Below, piece after piece: positions 17,546-25,146 of a DNA stretch of 63,634 nt. How positions within the stretch are numbered: position 1 is the stretch's first letter; each line of letters opens with the position of its first letter. The translations under genes were made by a program, and so were the position numbers. Below the pieces are notes generated by a model that worked only from the letters and a program-made list of their open reading frames with translations, did no database searches and was not told where the DNA came from. The stretch spans positions 45,697 to 109,330 of the forward strand of contig FR898229.1 in the NCBI GenBank assembly GCA_000437375.1, written 5' to 3'. The DNA is from Eubacterium sp. CAG:841 (GTDB lineage: Bacteria; Bacillota; Clostridia; Oscillospirales; CAG-272).

Positions 17546-18094
17546 TCAGCCTACTCTTGCACGTGACTTGATCCACTTCCATATGCCGAAGCCGGCACCG
17601 AGTATGATCGCAGTTATGATGAGTACGCCGAGTATTGAAAGCTCACCGGTATCCTTGTTGATAAAGATTACGTCGAATGTGCTTACTGCCGCGCCTGCTA
17701 CGGACGGAACGAACGATCCTACTCCGTCGCCGACTTCCGTCAGAATCTGCTTTATGAAGCCGTCTCCGGCTACCTGAAGCGAGATCATTGTGGAAGGTGC
17801 GCTCTTTGTGTAAGATGTAGCATTGCTTGCCGGCTTTGCTACTACCGTGACAAAGTATGTTCCGGATTTTACAAGATATCCGGAAAGGTCGACCGACGTG
17901 CCGGTTACCGTTGCTATAAGCGTATCGCCGGAATAAACGTCGTATGAAGCCGCATTTTCTACGGTCGTCCATGAAAGCGTTTTATCCGTAAGCGTTACGG
18001 TGGGTGCGGTAAGTGCAGACGCTGCGCTTACGCCGAGTATGGCAAAGCTGCAGATAACGAATGCGCAAAGGATAATTGCGAAAATCTTTTTCAT
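17546..18094 (-). CDS. Secreted Fn3/Ig-like domain protein with a pVIII-like C-terminal TM + basic tail
   Basis: The ATG at 18094 follows AAAGGAGG. Signal peptide 'MKKIFAIILCAFVICSFAILGVSAASA'. An 'LSWTTVENAASYDVY' Fn3-like module is present. The C-terminus is 'ILGVLIITAIILGAGFGIWKWIKSRARVG'. Confidence 0.65.
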   Translation of the reverse strand: MKKIFAIILCAFVICSFAILGVSAASALTAPTVTLTDKTLSWTTVENAASYDVYSGDTLIATVTGTSVDLSGYLVKSGTYFVTVVAKPASNATSYTKSAPSTMISLQVAGDGFIKQILTEVGDGVGSFVPSVAGAAVSTFDVIFINKDTGELSILGVLIITAIILGAGFGIWKWIKSRARVG

Positions 18095-18146
18095 TGAATT
18101 AACCTCCTTTCCTCGTTTGTTTATGTTAATTTCACGTGAAATCATA

Positions 18147-18437
18147 TTATGCCTTCTCCTTTCCCGGAAGAAGTCTGACTGCCGTAAGCTTCGGCTCTCT
18201 TACTCCGAACACCTGATATACAAGCTCGATCTCCTGATTGAGAAGATCCGAAAAGTTTTTTGTGCCTATAAGCGATTCTTCTTTGAAAGGCACCTTGACA
18301 GTGTCACAGAAAAATCCGTTTACCTCCGGCACTTCATTTGTGAAGACGTACAACTCTACGTTATCATACGTTACCTTGCGTCCGTCCTCCGATACGAAGT
18401 CGCCTTTCTTTCTTCTCCATCCCATTACTTTTATCAT
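18147..18437 (-). CDS. First gene of the structural operon, unknown function (gV-position; ssDNA-binding protein is only a positional guess)
   Basis: 96-aa soluble ORF with ATG and an AAGGA RBS. It lies directly upstream of the coat-like genes. Confidence 0.5.
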   Translation of the reverse strand: MIKVMGWRRKKGDFVSEDGRKVTYDNVELYVFTNEVPEVNGFFCDTVKVPFKEESLIGTKNFSDLLNQEIELVYQVFGVREPKLTAVRLLPGKEKA

Positions 18438-18492
18438 TGCTTTTCCTTTCTACCCGTGCGTTATGCTTTCGGGATTTTGTGTGTTATGATTT

Positions 18493-18566
18493 ATGACCTA
18501 TCGGTCATATCTGATATAATCATATTACTAATCAGTCATAATGTCAATATAATCTATCGGTCATAT
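18493..18566. promoter_or_regulatory. Divergent promoter/operator region of the element
   Basis: The 13-bp direct repeat CTATCGGTCATAT occurs at 18498-18510 and 18554-18566. The first copy lies within the palindrome ATGACC-N4-GGTCAT. On the plus strand there is TGATATAAT (18512-18520). On the minus strand there is TTGACA (18548-18543), an 18-nt spacer, then TATGAT. Confidence 0.5.
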
Positions 18567-18607
18567 GATAAAATTATTAGAATTAACAAAAACGGAGGAC
18601 GTTTATT

Positions 18608-18835
18608 GTGTACTATTACCAAAGATTGAAAGATTTAAGAGATGATGCGCACCTCAGACAAGATCAAATAGCGGTTATATTGAAAACTTGCCAGGAGCAG
18701 TACAGCAAGTACGAAAGAGGGGTGCAAGAGCTTCCCATGCATCACTTTATTACTCTTGCCAAGTTCTACAACGTATCGCTTGACTACCTTGCCGGACTTA
18801 TAGACGAGCCGCGCAAGCTGCACGATGAGAAATAA
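18608..18835 (+). CDS. XRE-family HTH regulator (prophage repressor candidate)
   Basis: GTG start 8 nt after GGAGG. 'QDQIAVILKTCQEQYSKYERG' is a typical Cro/CI HTH. It is divergent from the structural operon. Confidence 0.8.
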   Translation: MYYYQRLKDLRDDAHLRQDQIAVILKTCQEQYSKYERGVQELPMHHFITLAKFYNVSLDYLAGLIDEPRKLHDEK

Positions 18836-18865
18836 AAAAAGCGAAACGGAAGTTCCGTTTCGTTG
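18834..18865. terminator. Stem-loop after the repressor gene
   Basis: An A-run is followed by CGAAACGGAA/TTCCGTTTCG, a 10-bp inverted repeat with a minimal loop. The downstream T-run is weak. Confidence 0.45.
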
Positions 18866-19214
18866 GCCCGTGACCGGCTCTCTCCGGCGCACGCTCTGCG
18901 GAGCTTAGCTTCTCGATTCACTACAACCGCTACGGCGGGATTCTGAACGATCTGCGGATCGGGATAGTTCAAAGCAAAGCCAATTTACTCTGTTCAACAG
19001 GTCTTATCTCCATCTTGGGCGGGCGAACCTTATCGGCGGTTCTCCCTTGCCATCCCTCTCCCTCCGAGAACGCGATAACATTTGTGCCGATTTGAAGCGA
19101 ATACACGCGCTCTAAGCGTATTTTAAGACATAATCAAGCTGATTTGACATCCGATTAAGAAAGGGAGGCTTGTGGGGCTTCTAAACCCTCTGCGCCGACG
19201 GAAGCAAATTCAGG

Positions 19215-19254
19215 CTTTTAATCATGGTGTCCGGAGTTCGACTCTCCGATGGAG
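19215..19254 (+). repeat. attR core: 40-bp direct repeat, followed by the native tRNA 3' end (C-ACCA)
   Basis: Identical to 11289-11328. It continues as ...ATGGAG-CACCA and then a terminator. There is no tRNA 5' half upstream. Confidence 0.95.
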
Positions 19255-19258
19255 CACC

Positions 19259-19296
19259 AAAAAACCTCGCCCTTGTAAGGCGAGGTTTTTTATTTT
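19259..19296 (+). terminator. Native tRNA-Lys terminator
   Basis: Stem CCTCGCC/GGCGAGG with a 7-nt loop, followed by TTTTTTATTTT. Confidence 0.75.
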
Positions 19297-19345
19297 CCCG
19301 TACGGATAAAAACCCGGACGGGATTTTTTTGTTTAAATGCTTTTA

Positions 19346-19627
19346 TTACGGGGTAAACTGTGAAACAAGCTCTTTCAGTTCGGCTATTGCCTCACGCATG
19401 ATGTCACATTGACTGCCCAATTTCAAAATTTGCCTTTTCATATCTTGCAACACTTCATCTGCAGGCCAAGCTTTTTTCTGTTCCTCGGCAAAAGTCTCCG
19501 GAAGTTCCGCTTTGTCCAATCCAAGCATAGCAAGATCGACGTTAAGTCCGATAAAAAGTCCCATTATAGTCTGATCGGTTTCGTCGATTTCTGCAAAAAG
19601 TTTTTCAATTTCTTCTTTAATCTTCAT
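19346..19627 (-). CDS. Hypothetical protein (acidic, helical)
   Basis: 93-aa ORF, divergent from the XRE gene. No recognisable motif. Confidence 0.5.
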   Translation of the reverse strand: MKIKEEIEKLFAEIDETDQTIMGLFIGLNVDLAMLGLDKAELPETFAEEQKKAWPADEVLQDMKRQILKLGSQCDIMREAIAELKELVSQFTP

Positions 19628-19768
19628 ATAAGAATGCCTGCTTTACATATTTATGGTCTTATTATAACATACATAAATACGTAAATCAAGTACATACGAA
19701 CGTATGAATGATATAATTTTTCAAAATGTACGCAATTTATGCGGGAAGCGGTGAAAAGGAGCGGCTTT

Positions 19769-19996
19769 ATGCACTGTTATCAAAGGTTGCGCGACTTAAG
19801 GGAAGACAAGGATTTAAGTCAGGGAAAAATTTCACAGCTTTTGAAAATATCTCAGCAGCACTACTCAATGTATGAAATGGGCAAGCGTGAGCTTCCGATG
19901 CATCATTTCGTTACCCTTGCAAAATTCTATAACGTATCGCTTGATTATCTTGCGGGACTTACAAACGAGCCGCGCGAGCTTTATAAAGACGAGTAA
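19769..19996 (+). CDS. XRE-family HTH regulator, paralog of the prophage repressor
   Basis: The ATG at 19769 follows AAAGGAG. By manual alignment, 47 of 75 positions are identical to the 18608-18835 product. The C-terminal halves are nearly identical. Confidence 0.8.
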   Translation: MHCYQRLRDLREDKDLSQGKISQLLKISQQHYSMYEMGKRELPMHHFVTLAKFYNVSLDYLAGLTNEPRELYKDE

Positions 19997-20023
19997 AATC
20001 GCAGCGCTTATGCATTGCGATTT

Positions 20024-21022
20024 TTATTTTATCACAAGCGAAAGCAGATCGTCAAGCGAAGCCATGGCAAGACACTCCACCGTATCCGACGCACCGTAAT
20101 ATATTTTTACTTCGCCGTCGTCCTCAAGTATCATTCCTCCGGGAAAAATAACGTTTGTGCGACAGCCGTCGTCGGTTTCCCAATATGTCTCGGGCGCAAT
20201 AAGCGGAACATCCGACATTCCGATTATTTTTGACGGATCATAAAGATCGAGCAGCATTATTCCCGCGTGATAACATTTGGTCCATTGTGTTTCCCAGCCG
20301 TTTTTGCCTCGGGAGGGATCTCTCTGCACGGCGTGGAAAGTAGTAAGCCACCCCTTTTCGGTTTTTACAGGGGGCGCGCCGGGACCGATTTTATCGTTTG
20401 CGAACGGAACGTTTTCAACACCCATAACAAGGCGTGATTTTCCCCAGAAACGCATATCTGGCGATTCGGAAAGCCATATATCGAAGCGATCCTTTCCGCC
20501 GCGCGAATAAACAGGCATCGGTCTTTCAAGACGAACATAATTTCCGCCTATTCTTTCGGGGAAAAGCACCATATTTCTGTTATCCGGCACGGAAAGCGAA
20601 AGAATTTCTATATGTTCAAGATCGTCCGTAACCGCGACTCCTCCGCGCACTCCGTGTTTTGTATCTACGGCAAAGCAGATATAAAGTCTGCCTTCGATAA
20701 CCGTAAGTCGCGGGTCGTAAACCATTGTCACGTCGGAATCGTTCATCATTTCGCACGTCATAAACGGAGCGGGCCGAACATCCCATTTCTTTCCGTCGTC
20801 GCTTGTGGCAATGCCTATCACAGTATATTTTGTTCCGCCCCACGGGGTACGCTCATATCCGTCACGAAAAACCATTATATATTTTCCGTTGAATTTTGCA
20901 ACTCCGGCGTTGAAAACAAGATCCGCCGGATAAGGTATATCTTCTTTGGAAAGCACGGGCTTTCCGCCGTTATATCTGTGAATTACGGAACTTGAAAAAA
21001 CCTCCGGCTGCATTTTAGGCAT
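20024..21022 (-). CDS. Glycoside hydrolase family 130 (beta-mannoside phosphorylase-type)
   Basis: N-terminal 'DLVFNAGVAKFNGKYIMVFR', 'DPR', 'NVIFPGG' and 'IYYGASDT' are typical of GH130. Confidence 0.8.
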   Translation of the reverse strand: MPKMQPEVFSSSVIHRYNGGKPVLSKEDIPYPADLVFNAGVAKFNGKYIMVFRDGYERTPWGGTKYTVIGIATSDDGKKWDVRPAPFMTCEMMNDSDVTMVYDPRLTVIEGRLYICFAVDTKHGVRGGVAVTDDLEHIEILSLSVPDNRNMVLFPERIGGNYVRLERPMPVYSRGGKDRFDIWLSESPDMRFWGKSRLVMGVENVPFANDKIGPGAPPVKTEKGWLTTFHAVQRDPSRGKNGWETQWTKCYHAGIMLLDLYDPSKIIGMSDVPLIAPETYWETDDGCRTNVIFPGGMILEDDGEVKIYYGASDTVECLAMASLDDLLSLVIK

Positions 21023-21169
21023 AATAATCTCTCTCCATATGTTTTTGTTCCGGCTTGATTATATCAAACGCAAAATCAAAAGTCAACATATATTCAAGCA
21101 GTAAAAATCAAGTTTTATATGCAAAATCAATGAGTAAAATAAATAAATTCGTTTTTTTCGGAAAAACTC

Positions 21170-21198
21170 TTTACAAGTCATTTCCTTTATGATATAAT
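21170..21198 (+). promoter_or_regulatory. Sigma-A type promoter for rpsO
   Basis: TTTACA, a 17-nt spacer, then TATAAT with an extended-10 TG. Confidence 0.55.
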
Positions 21199-21314
21199 TT
21201 CATTTGCGAAAATTCGGCAGCGCAGCCTGCGGATATAAGGTTTTTACAAAAACACTTCACCCACCGCCCGCTTCGATGCCCGAACGCAAAAATATTTTTT
21301 TGAGGTGAAAAACA

Positions 21315-21578
21315 ATGCTTAAGGAACAGAAACAGCAGATCATTGCCGACAACTGCACTCACGAAGGCGACACAGGCTCGCCCGAAGTACAGATTGCCAT
21401 TCTCACAGCGAGAATCAACCATCTTAATGAGCATCTCAAGCTCAACAACAATGACCATCACAGCCGCAGAGGTCTTCTTAAAATGGTAGGTCAGAGAAGA
21501 AGTCTTCTCAGCTACCTCCAGAAGAAGGATATCAACCGCTACCGTGCAATCATTGAAAAGCTCGGCATAAGAAAATAA
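21315..21578 (+). CDS. rpsO: 30S ribosomal protein S15
   Basis: '[25 protein letters not shown]...[15 protein letters not shown]' is canonical S15. Confidence 0.95.
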   Translation: MLKEQKQQIIADNCTHEGDTGSPEVQIAILTARINHLNEHLKLNNNDHHSRRGLLKMVGQRRSLLSYLQKKDINRYRAIIEKLGIRK

Positions 21579-21587
21579 GCTATTCTC

Positions 21588-21617
21588 CGAAAGGGGCGGA
21601 AATATCCGCCCCTTTCG
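21588..21617 (+). terminator. Stem-loop after rpsO (attenuating terminator candidate)
   Basis: Stem CGAAAGGGGCGG/CCGCCCCTTTCG. There is no strong T-run. Confidence 0.45.
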
Positions 21618-21665
21618 CAAATTCCGGACGTCTTTTACGCGGCGGAAGCGGATTTTGTATAGCAG

Positions 21666-21704
21666 TTAATCAAGGCTCGGAAAAAGCTTCCGGATTTTGA
21701 TTAA
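21666..21704 (+). promoter_or_regulatory. Long imperfect hairpin in the pnp leader
   Basis: TTAATCAA...TTGATTAA outer stem with an internal TCGGA/TCCGG-type pairing, about 60 nt upstream of pnp. Confidence 0.3.
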
Positions 21705-21761
21705 ATGCTAAACAAAAACCCCCGCCGCTTGAAGAATAAATAATAATTCAGGAGGCAAAAA

Positions 21762-23858
21762 ATGTTTGAAAACTACAAGGTATTCAATTACGAATACGCA
21801 GGCAGACCTCTTAAAGTAGAGGTGGGCAAGGTTGCAGGTCTTGCAAACGGCTCATGTATGATAAGCTATGGTGAAACCGTAATACTTGCATGTGCAACGG
21901 CATCTCCCAAGCCCCGTGACGGTATTGATTTTCTTCCCCTTTCCGTCGATTATGACGAAAAGCTTTATGCAGTAGGCAGAATTCCGGGAAGCTTTACAAG
22001 AAGAGAAGGCAGACCCGGCGAAAAGGCTATCCTTACAAGCCGTGTTATCGACCGTCCTATCCGTCCCCTTTTCCCGAAGGATCTCCGCAACGATGTTGCT
22101 CTTACCCTCACGGTAATGAGCGTTGATCCCGATTGTTCGCCCGAGATTACGGCTATGATCGGCGCGTCCATCGCCCTCTCCATTTCCGATATTCCGTGGA
22201 ACGGACCTATCGGCGGCGCATTCGTAGGTATGATCGGCGACAAGTTCATCATCAACCCCACAGCAGAAGAAAGAAAAGAAAGCGTACTTGAGCTTACCGT
22301 TGCGGCTTCCGAAAAGAAAGTCGTTATGATAGAAGCAGGAGCAAAGGAAGTATCCGACGAAGATATGTACAACGCCATTATGTACGCTCACGAAGAGATA
22401 AAGAAGCTCCTCGTATTTATTAACGAGATAATAGCAACTGTCGGCAAGCCTAAGTTCGATTATCCTTCCTGCGAGCTTGATCACGATATGTTCGATAAGA
22501 TCTTCGACTATTGCGAAAAGGCAGTTATGGAAGCTCTCGATACGGATGACAAAACCGTTCGTGACGCAAAGATGCAGCCCATTCAGGACGACATCCTTGA
22601 AAAGTTCTCCGAAGAATATCCGGATCTTCCCACAATTCTTCCCGAACTCATCTACAAAATTCAGAAGAAGATCGTTCGTCGTTGGCTCCTTGTTGACAAA
22701 AAACGTGTAGACGGCAGAAGAATGGATCAGATTCGTCCTCTCGCAAGCGAGGTCGGCATTCTTCCCAGAACACACGGCTCGGGTCTCTTTACAAGAGGTC
22801 AGACTCAGGTTCTTTCCGTCGTAACTCTCGGTCCGATGAGCGACGCTCAGATGCTCGACGGTCTTGACGACGAAAAAGAAAAACGTTATATGCACCATTA
22901 CAATATGCCCGGATATTCCACAGGCGAAGCAAAAGCGCTCCGCACTCCCGGACGCAGAGAGATAGGTCACGGCGCGCTCGCAGAGAGATCGCTCGTTCCC
23001 GTACTTCCCTCAAAGGAAGAGTTCCCCTATGCTATCCGCGTGGTAAGCGAAGTTGTTTCTTCCAACGGTTCAACTTCTCAGGGCTCGGTATGCGGCTCCA
23101 CTCTTGCACTTATGGACGCAGGCGTTCCGATAAAAGCTCCCGTTGCAGGTATCTCTTGCGGACTTATCACAGCTGAAGACGGTTCTTGGGACACAATGAT
23201 AGACATTCAGGGACTTGAAGACTTCTACGGCGATATGGACTTCAAGGTTGCCGGAACTCACAAGGGTATAACATCCATTCAGATGGACCTTAAGATTGAC
23301 GGTCTTACTCCCGAAATAATCAAAAACGCTCTTGAAACAACTCACAAAGGCAGAGATTATATCATAGACGAAGTAATTCTCAAGGCAATACCCGAACCCA
23401 GAGCAGATGTAGGCAAGTACGCTCCGAAGATGATCTCAATGAAGATCAATCCCGATAAGATAAGAGAAGTTATCGGCAAGGGCGGCGAAGTAATTCAGAA
23501 GATCACCGCCGAAACAAATACAAAGATAGACATCGAAGAGGACGGCTCGATCTTCATCCTCGCAGTAAACAAAGAGGACGCTTACGTTGCAAAAGGCATT
23601 ATCGACGCCATCGTATTCGAGCCTGTTGAAGGCTGTTGCTACACAGGCACGGTAACAAGAATAATTCCTATCGGCGCGTTTGTTGAAATCGCTCCCGGAA
23701 AAGAAGGACTCGTTCACATTTCAAAGCTCGACACAAAGAGAGTTGAAAACGTTGAGGATGTTGTTTCCGTAGGCGACAAGATAACCGTTAAATTCCTCGG
23801 TATGGACGAAAAGGGCAGAATAAATCTTTCCAGAAAAGACGCTCTTAAAGAAGACTGA
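21762..23858 (+). CDS. pnp: Polyribonucleotide nucleotidyltransferase (PNPase)
   Basis: 698 aa with two RNase PH domains followed by KH and S1 domains ('GTVTRIIPIGAFVEIAPGKEGLVHIS'). Confidence 0.95.
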   Translation: MFENYKVFNYEYAGRPLKVEVGKVAGLANGSCMISYGETVILACATASPKPRDGIDFLPLSVDYDEKLYAVGRIPGSFTRREGRPGEKAILTSRVIDRPIRPLFPKDLRNDVALTLTVMSVDPDCSPEITAMIGASIALSISDIPWNGPIGGAFVGMIGDKFIINPTAEERKESVLELTVAASEKKVVMIEAGAKEVSDEDMYNAIMYAHEEIKKLLVFINEIIATVGKPKFDYPSCELDHDMFDKIFDYCEKAVMEALDTDDKTVRDAKMQPIQDDILEKFSEEYPDLPTILPELIYKIQKKIVRRWLLVDKKRVDGRRMDQIRPLASEVGILPRTHGSGLFTRGQTQVLSVVTLGPMSDAQMLDGLDDEKEKRYMHHYNMPGYSTGEAKALRTPGRREIGHGALAERSLVPVLPSKEEFPYAIRVVSEVVSSNGSTSQGSVCGSTLALMDAGVPIKAPVAGISCGLITAEDGSWDTMIDIQGLEDFYGDMDFKVAGTHKGITSIQMDLKIDGLTPEIIKNALETTHKGRDYIIDEVILKAIPEPRADVGKYAPKMISMKINPDKIREVIGKGGEVIQKITAETNTKIDIEEDGSIFILAVNKEDAYVAKGIIDAIVFEPVEGCCYTGTVTRIIPIGAFVEIAPGKEGLVHISKLDTKRVENVEDVVSVGDKITVKFLGMDEKGRINLSRKDALKED

Positions 23859-23865
23859 GTACAGT

Positions 23866-23895
23866 AAAAAGCACCCTCGCAAAGGGTGCTTTTTT
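23866..23895 (+). terminator. Rho-independent terminator after pnp
   Basis: Stem GCACCCT/AGGGTGC with a 5-nt loop, then TTTTTT. Confidence 0.8.
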
Positions 23896-24033
23896 CAGTT
23901 GAGAGACAAAAGAAAAAATGTATATAAAATATTAAATTTTCGGGTTATGTATTGCAAAAAACGGAAAATCGGTATAAAATATAAATTGCAGAAATTTGAA
24001 TTGCCGCATTTGCGGCAGGAAAGGATTTTATAA

Positions 24034-24999
24034 ATGGCACTTGTAACAACAAAGGAAATGTTCAAAAAGGCTTATGCCGGCGGATATGCCGTAGGCGCCT
24101 TCAACATCAACAATATGGAGATCATTCAGGCTATAACGGAAGCTGCGGCCGAAGAAAAATCACCCGTTATTCTTCAGGTATCTGCAGGCGCAAGAAAATA
24201 TGCAAAACCCGCATATCTTATGGCTCTTGCAAAAGCAGCAGTTGAAGATACAGGCGTTGATTTCGCTCTTCATCTCGATCACGGCGCAGATTTCGATATC
24301 TGCAAAGCCTGCATTGACAGCGGCTTTACATCCGTTATGATCGACGGTTCAAAATATTCTTTTGAAGAGAACATCGCGCTCACAAAGAAAGTTGTTGATT
24401 ATGCTCACGCTCACGGCGTAGTTGTAGAAGGTGAGATCGGCAAGCTTGCAGGAATCGAAGACGACGTTCACGTCGCAGCTGAAGATTCTTCCTACACACG
24501 CCCCGAAGAAGTTGAAGAGTTCGTTTCCCGCACAGGAGTTGACTCTCTCGCTATCGCTATCGGCACTTCTCACGGCGCATATAAGTTCACACCCGCACAG
24601 TGCACACGCAATGCGGACGGCATCCTCGTTCCGCCCCCGCTCCGTTTCGATATTCTTGAAGAAATCGAAAAGAGACTTCCCGAATTCCCGATCGTTCTTC
24701 ACGGCGCTTCCAGCGTTGCTCAGGACTGCGTAAAAGAGATCAACGCTCTCGGAGGTCATATGCCCGACGCTATCGGTATTCCCGAAGAAGAGCTTCGTCA
24801 GGCTGCAAAAATGGCTGTCTGCAAGATAAACATCGACTCCGATATCCGTCTTGCAATGACGGCGGGAATCCGCAGAGTACTTGCAAATCAGCCCGAAGTA
24901 TTCGACCCCAGAACTTACCTCTCCGTAGGCAGAGACGAAGTAAAGAAGATGGTCAAGCACAAGATTGTCGACGTTCTCGGCTCAAACGGCAAAGCGTAA
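24034..24999 (+). CDS. fba: Class II fructose-1,6-bisphosphate aldolase
   Basis: 'GGYAVGAFNINNME', 'LHLDHG' and 'LVLHGASS'-type motifs are present. Confidence 0.9.
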   Translation: MALVTTKEMFKKAYAGGYAVGAFNINNMEIIQAITEAAAEEKSPVILQVSAGARKYAKPAYLMALAKAAVEDTGVDFALHLDHGADFDICKACIDSGFTSVMIDGSKYSFEENIALTKKVVDYAHAHGVVVEGEIGKLAGIEDDVHVAAEDSSYTRPEEVEEFVSRTGVDSLAIAIGTSHGAYKFTPAQCTRNADGILVPPPLRFDILEEIEKRLPEFPIVLHGASSVAQDCVKEINALGGHMPDAIGIPEEELRQAAKMAVCKINIDSDIRLAMTAGIRRVLANQPEVFDPRTYLSVGRDEVKKMVKHKIVDVLGSNGKA

Positions 25000-25013
25000 A
25001 CAAAATGTATTAT

Positions 25014-25047
25014 GCGGCAGAAGCAAAATTTGCTTCTGCCGTTTTTT
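25014..25047 (+). terminator. Rho-independent terminator after fba
   Basis: Stem GCGGCAGAAGCA/TGCTTCTGCCG followed by TTTTTT. Confidence 0.8.
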
Positions 25048-25146
25048 CATGCTGAAAAGCACGTCAATATTTTTATTGACATAGCCGCTCAAAGATTATA
25101 TAATTATTATAAGTAAATATTTTCGGGCAAAGGAGGAATACCGATT

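Larger units (their letters stand above)
11289..19254 (-). mobile_element. Integrated inovirus-like (filamentous) prophage, 7926 bp as a circle
   Basis: It is bounded by 40-bp direct repeats in a tRNA gene. It carries an integrase, an HUH Rep, a Zot-like ATPase, coat-like small TM proteins, a pIII-like protein and an XRE repressor, with tightly coupled genes on one strand. Confidence 0.8.

Noticed and set aside
18635-18972. Two minus-strand ORFs (85 and 62 aa) in or around the repressor gene and the noncoding region.
   Set aside because: One is antisense to the XRE gene. Both lack RBSs and have Arg/Ser-rich low-complexity translations. The region is better treated as noncoding.
19215-19259. 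Possible second tRNA gene at attR.
   Set aside because: Only the 3' 40 nt plus CACCA are present. The upstream sequence cannot form acceptor, D or anticodon 5' strands. It is the displaced 3' fragment of the tRNA-Lys.
21171-21620. 149-aa minus-strand ORF overlapping rpsO.
   Set aside because: It is antisense to a canonical S15 gene and spans that gene's promoter and terminator. It has no RBS.
21852-22970. 372-aa ORF on the minus strand inside pnp. Similar long antisense ORFs occur at 4865-5683 (+), 8453-9088 (-), 44269-45051 (+), 47799-48548 (-), 51117-52004 (-), 53550-54245 (+) and 56944-57888 (+).
   Set aside because: All lie fully opposite confidently identified conserved genes. They lack RBS context and have low-complexity, Arg/Cys/Phe-rich translations typical of shadow ORFs.
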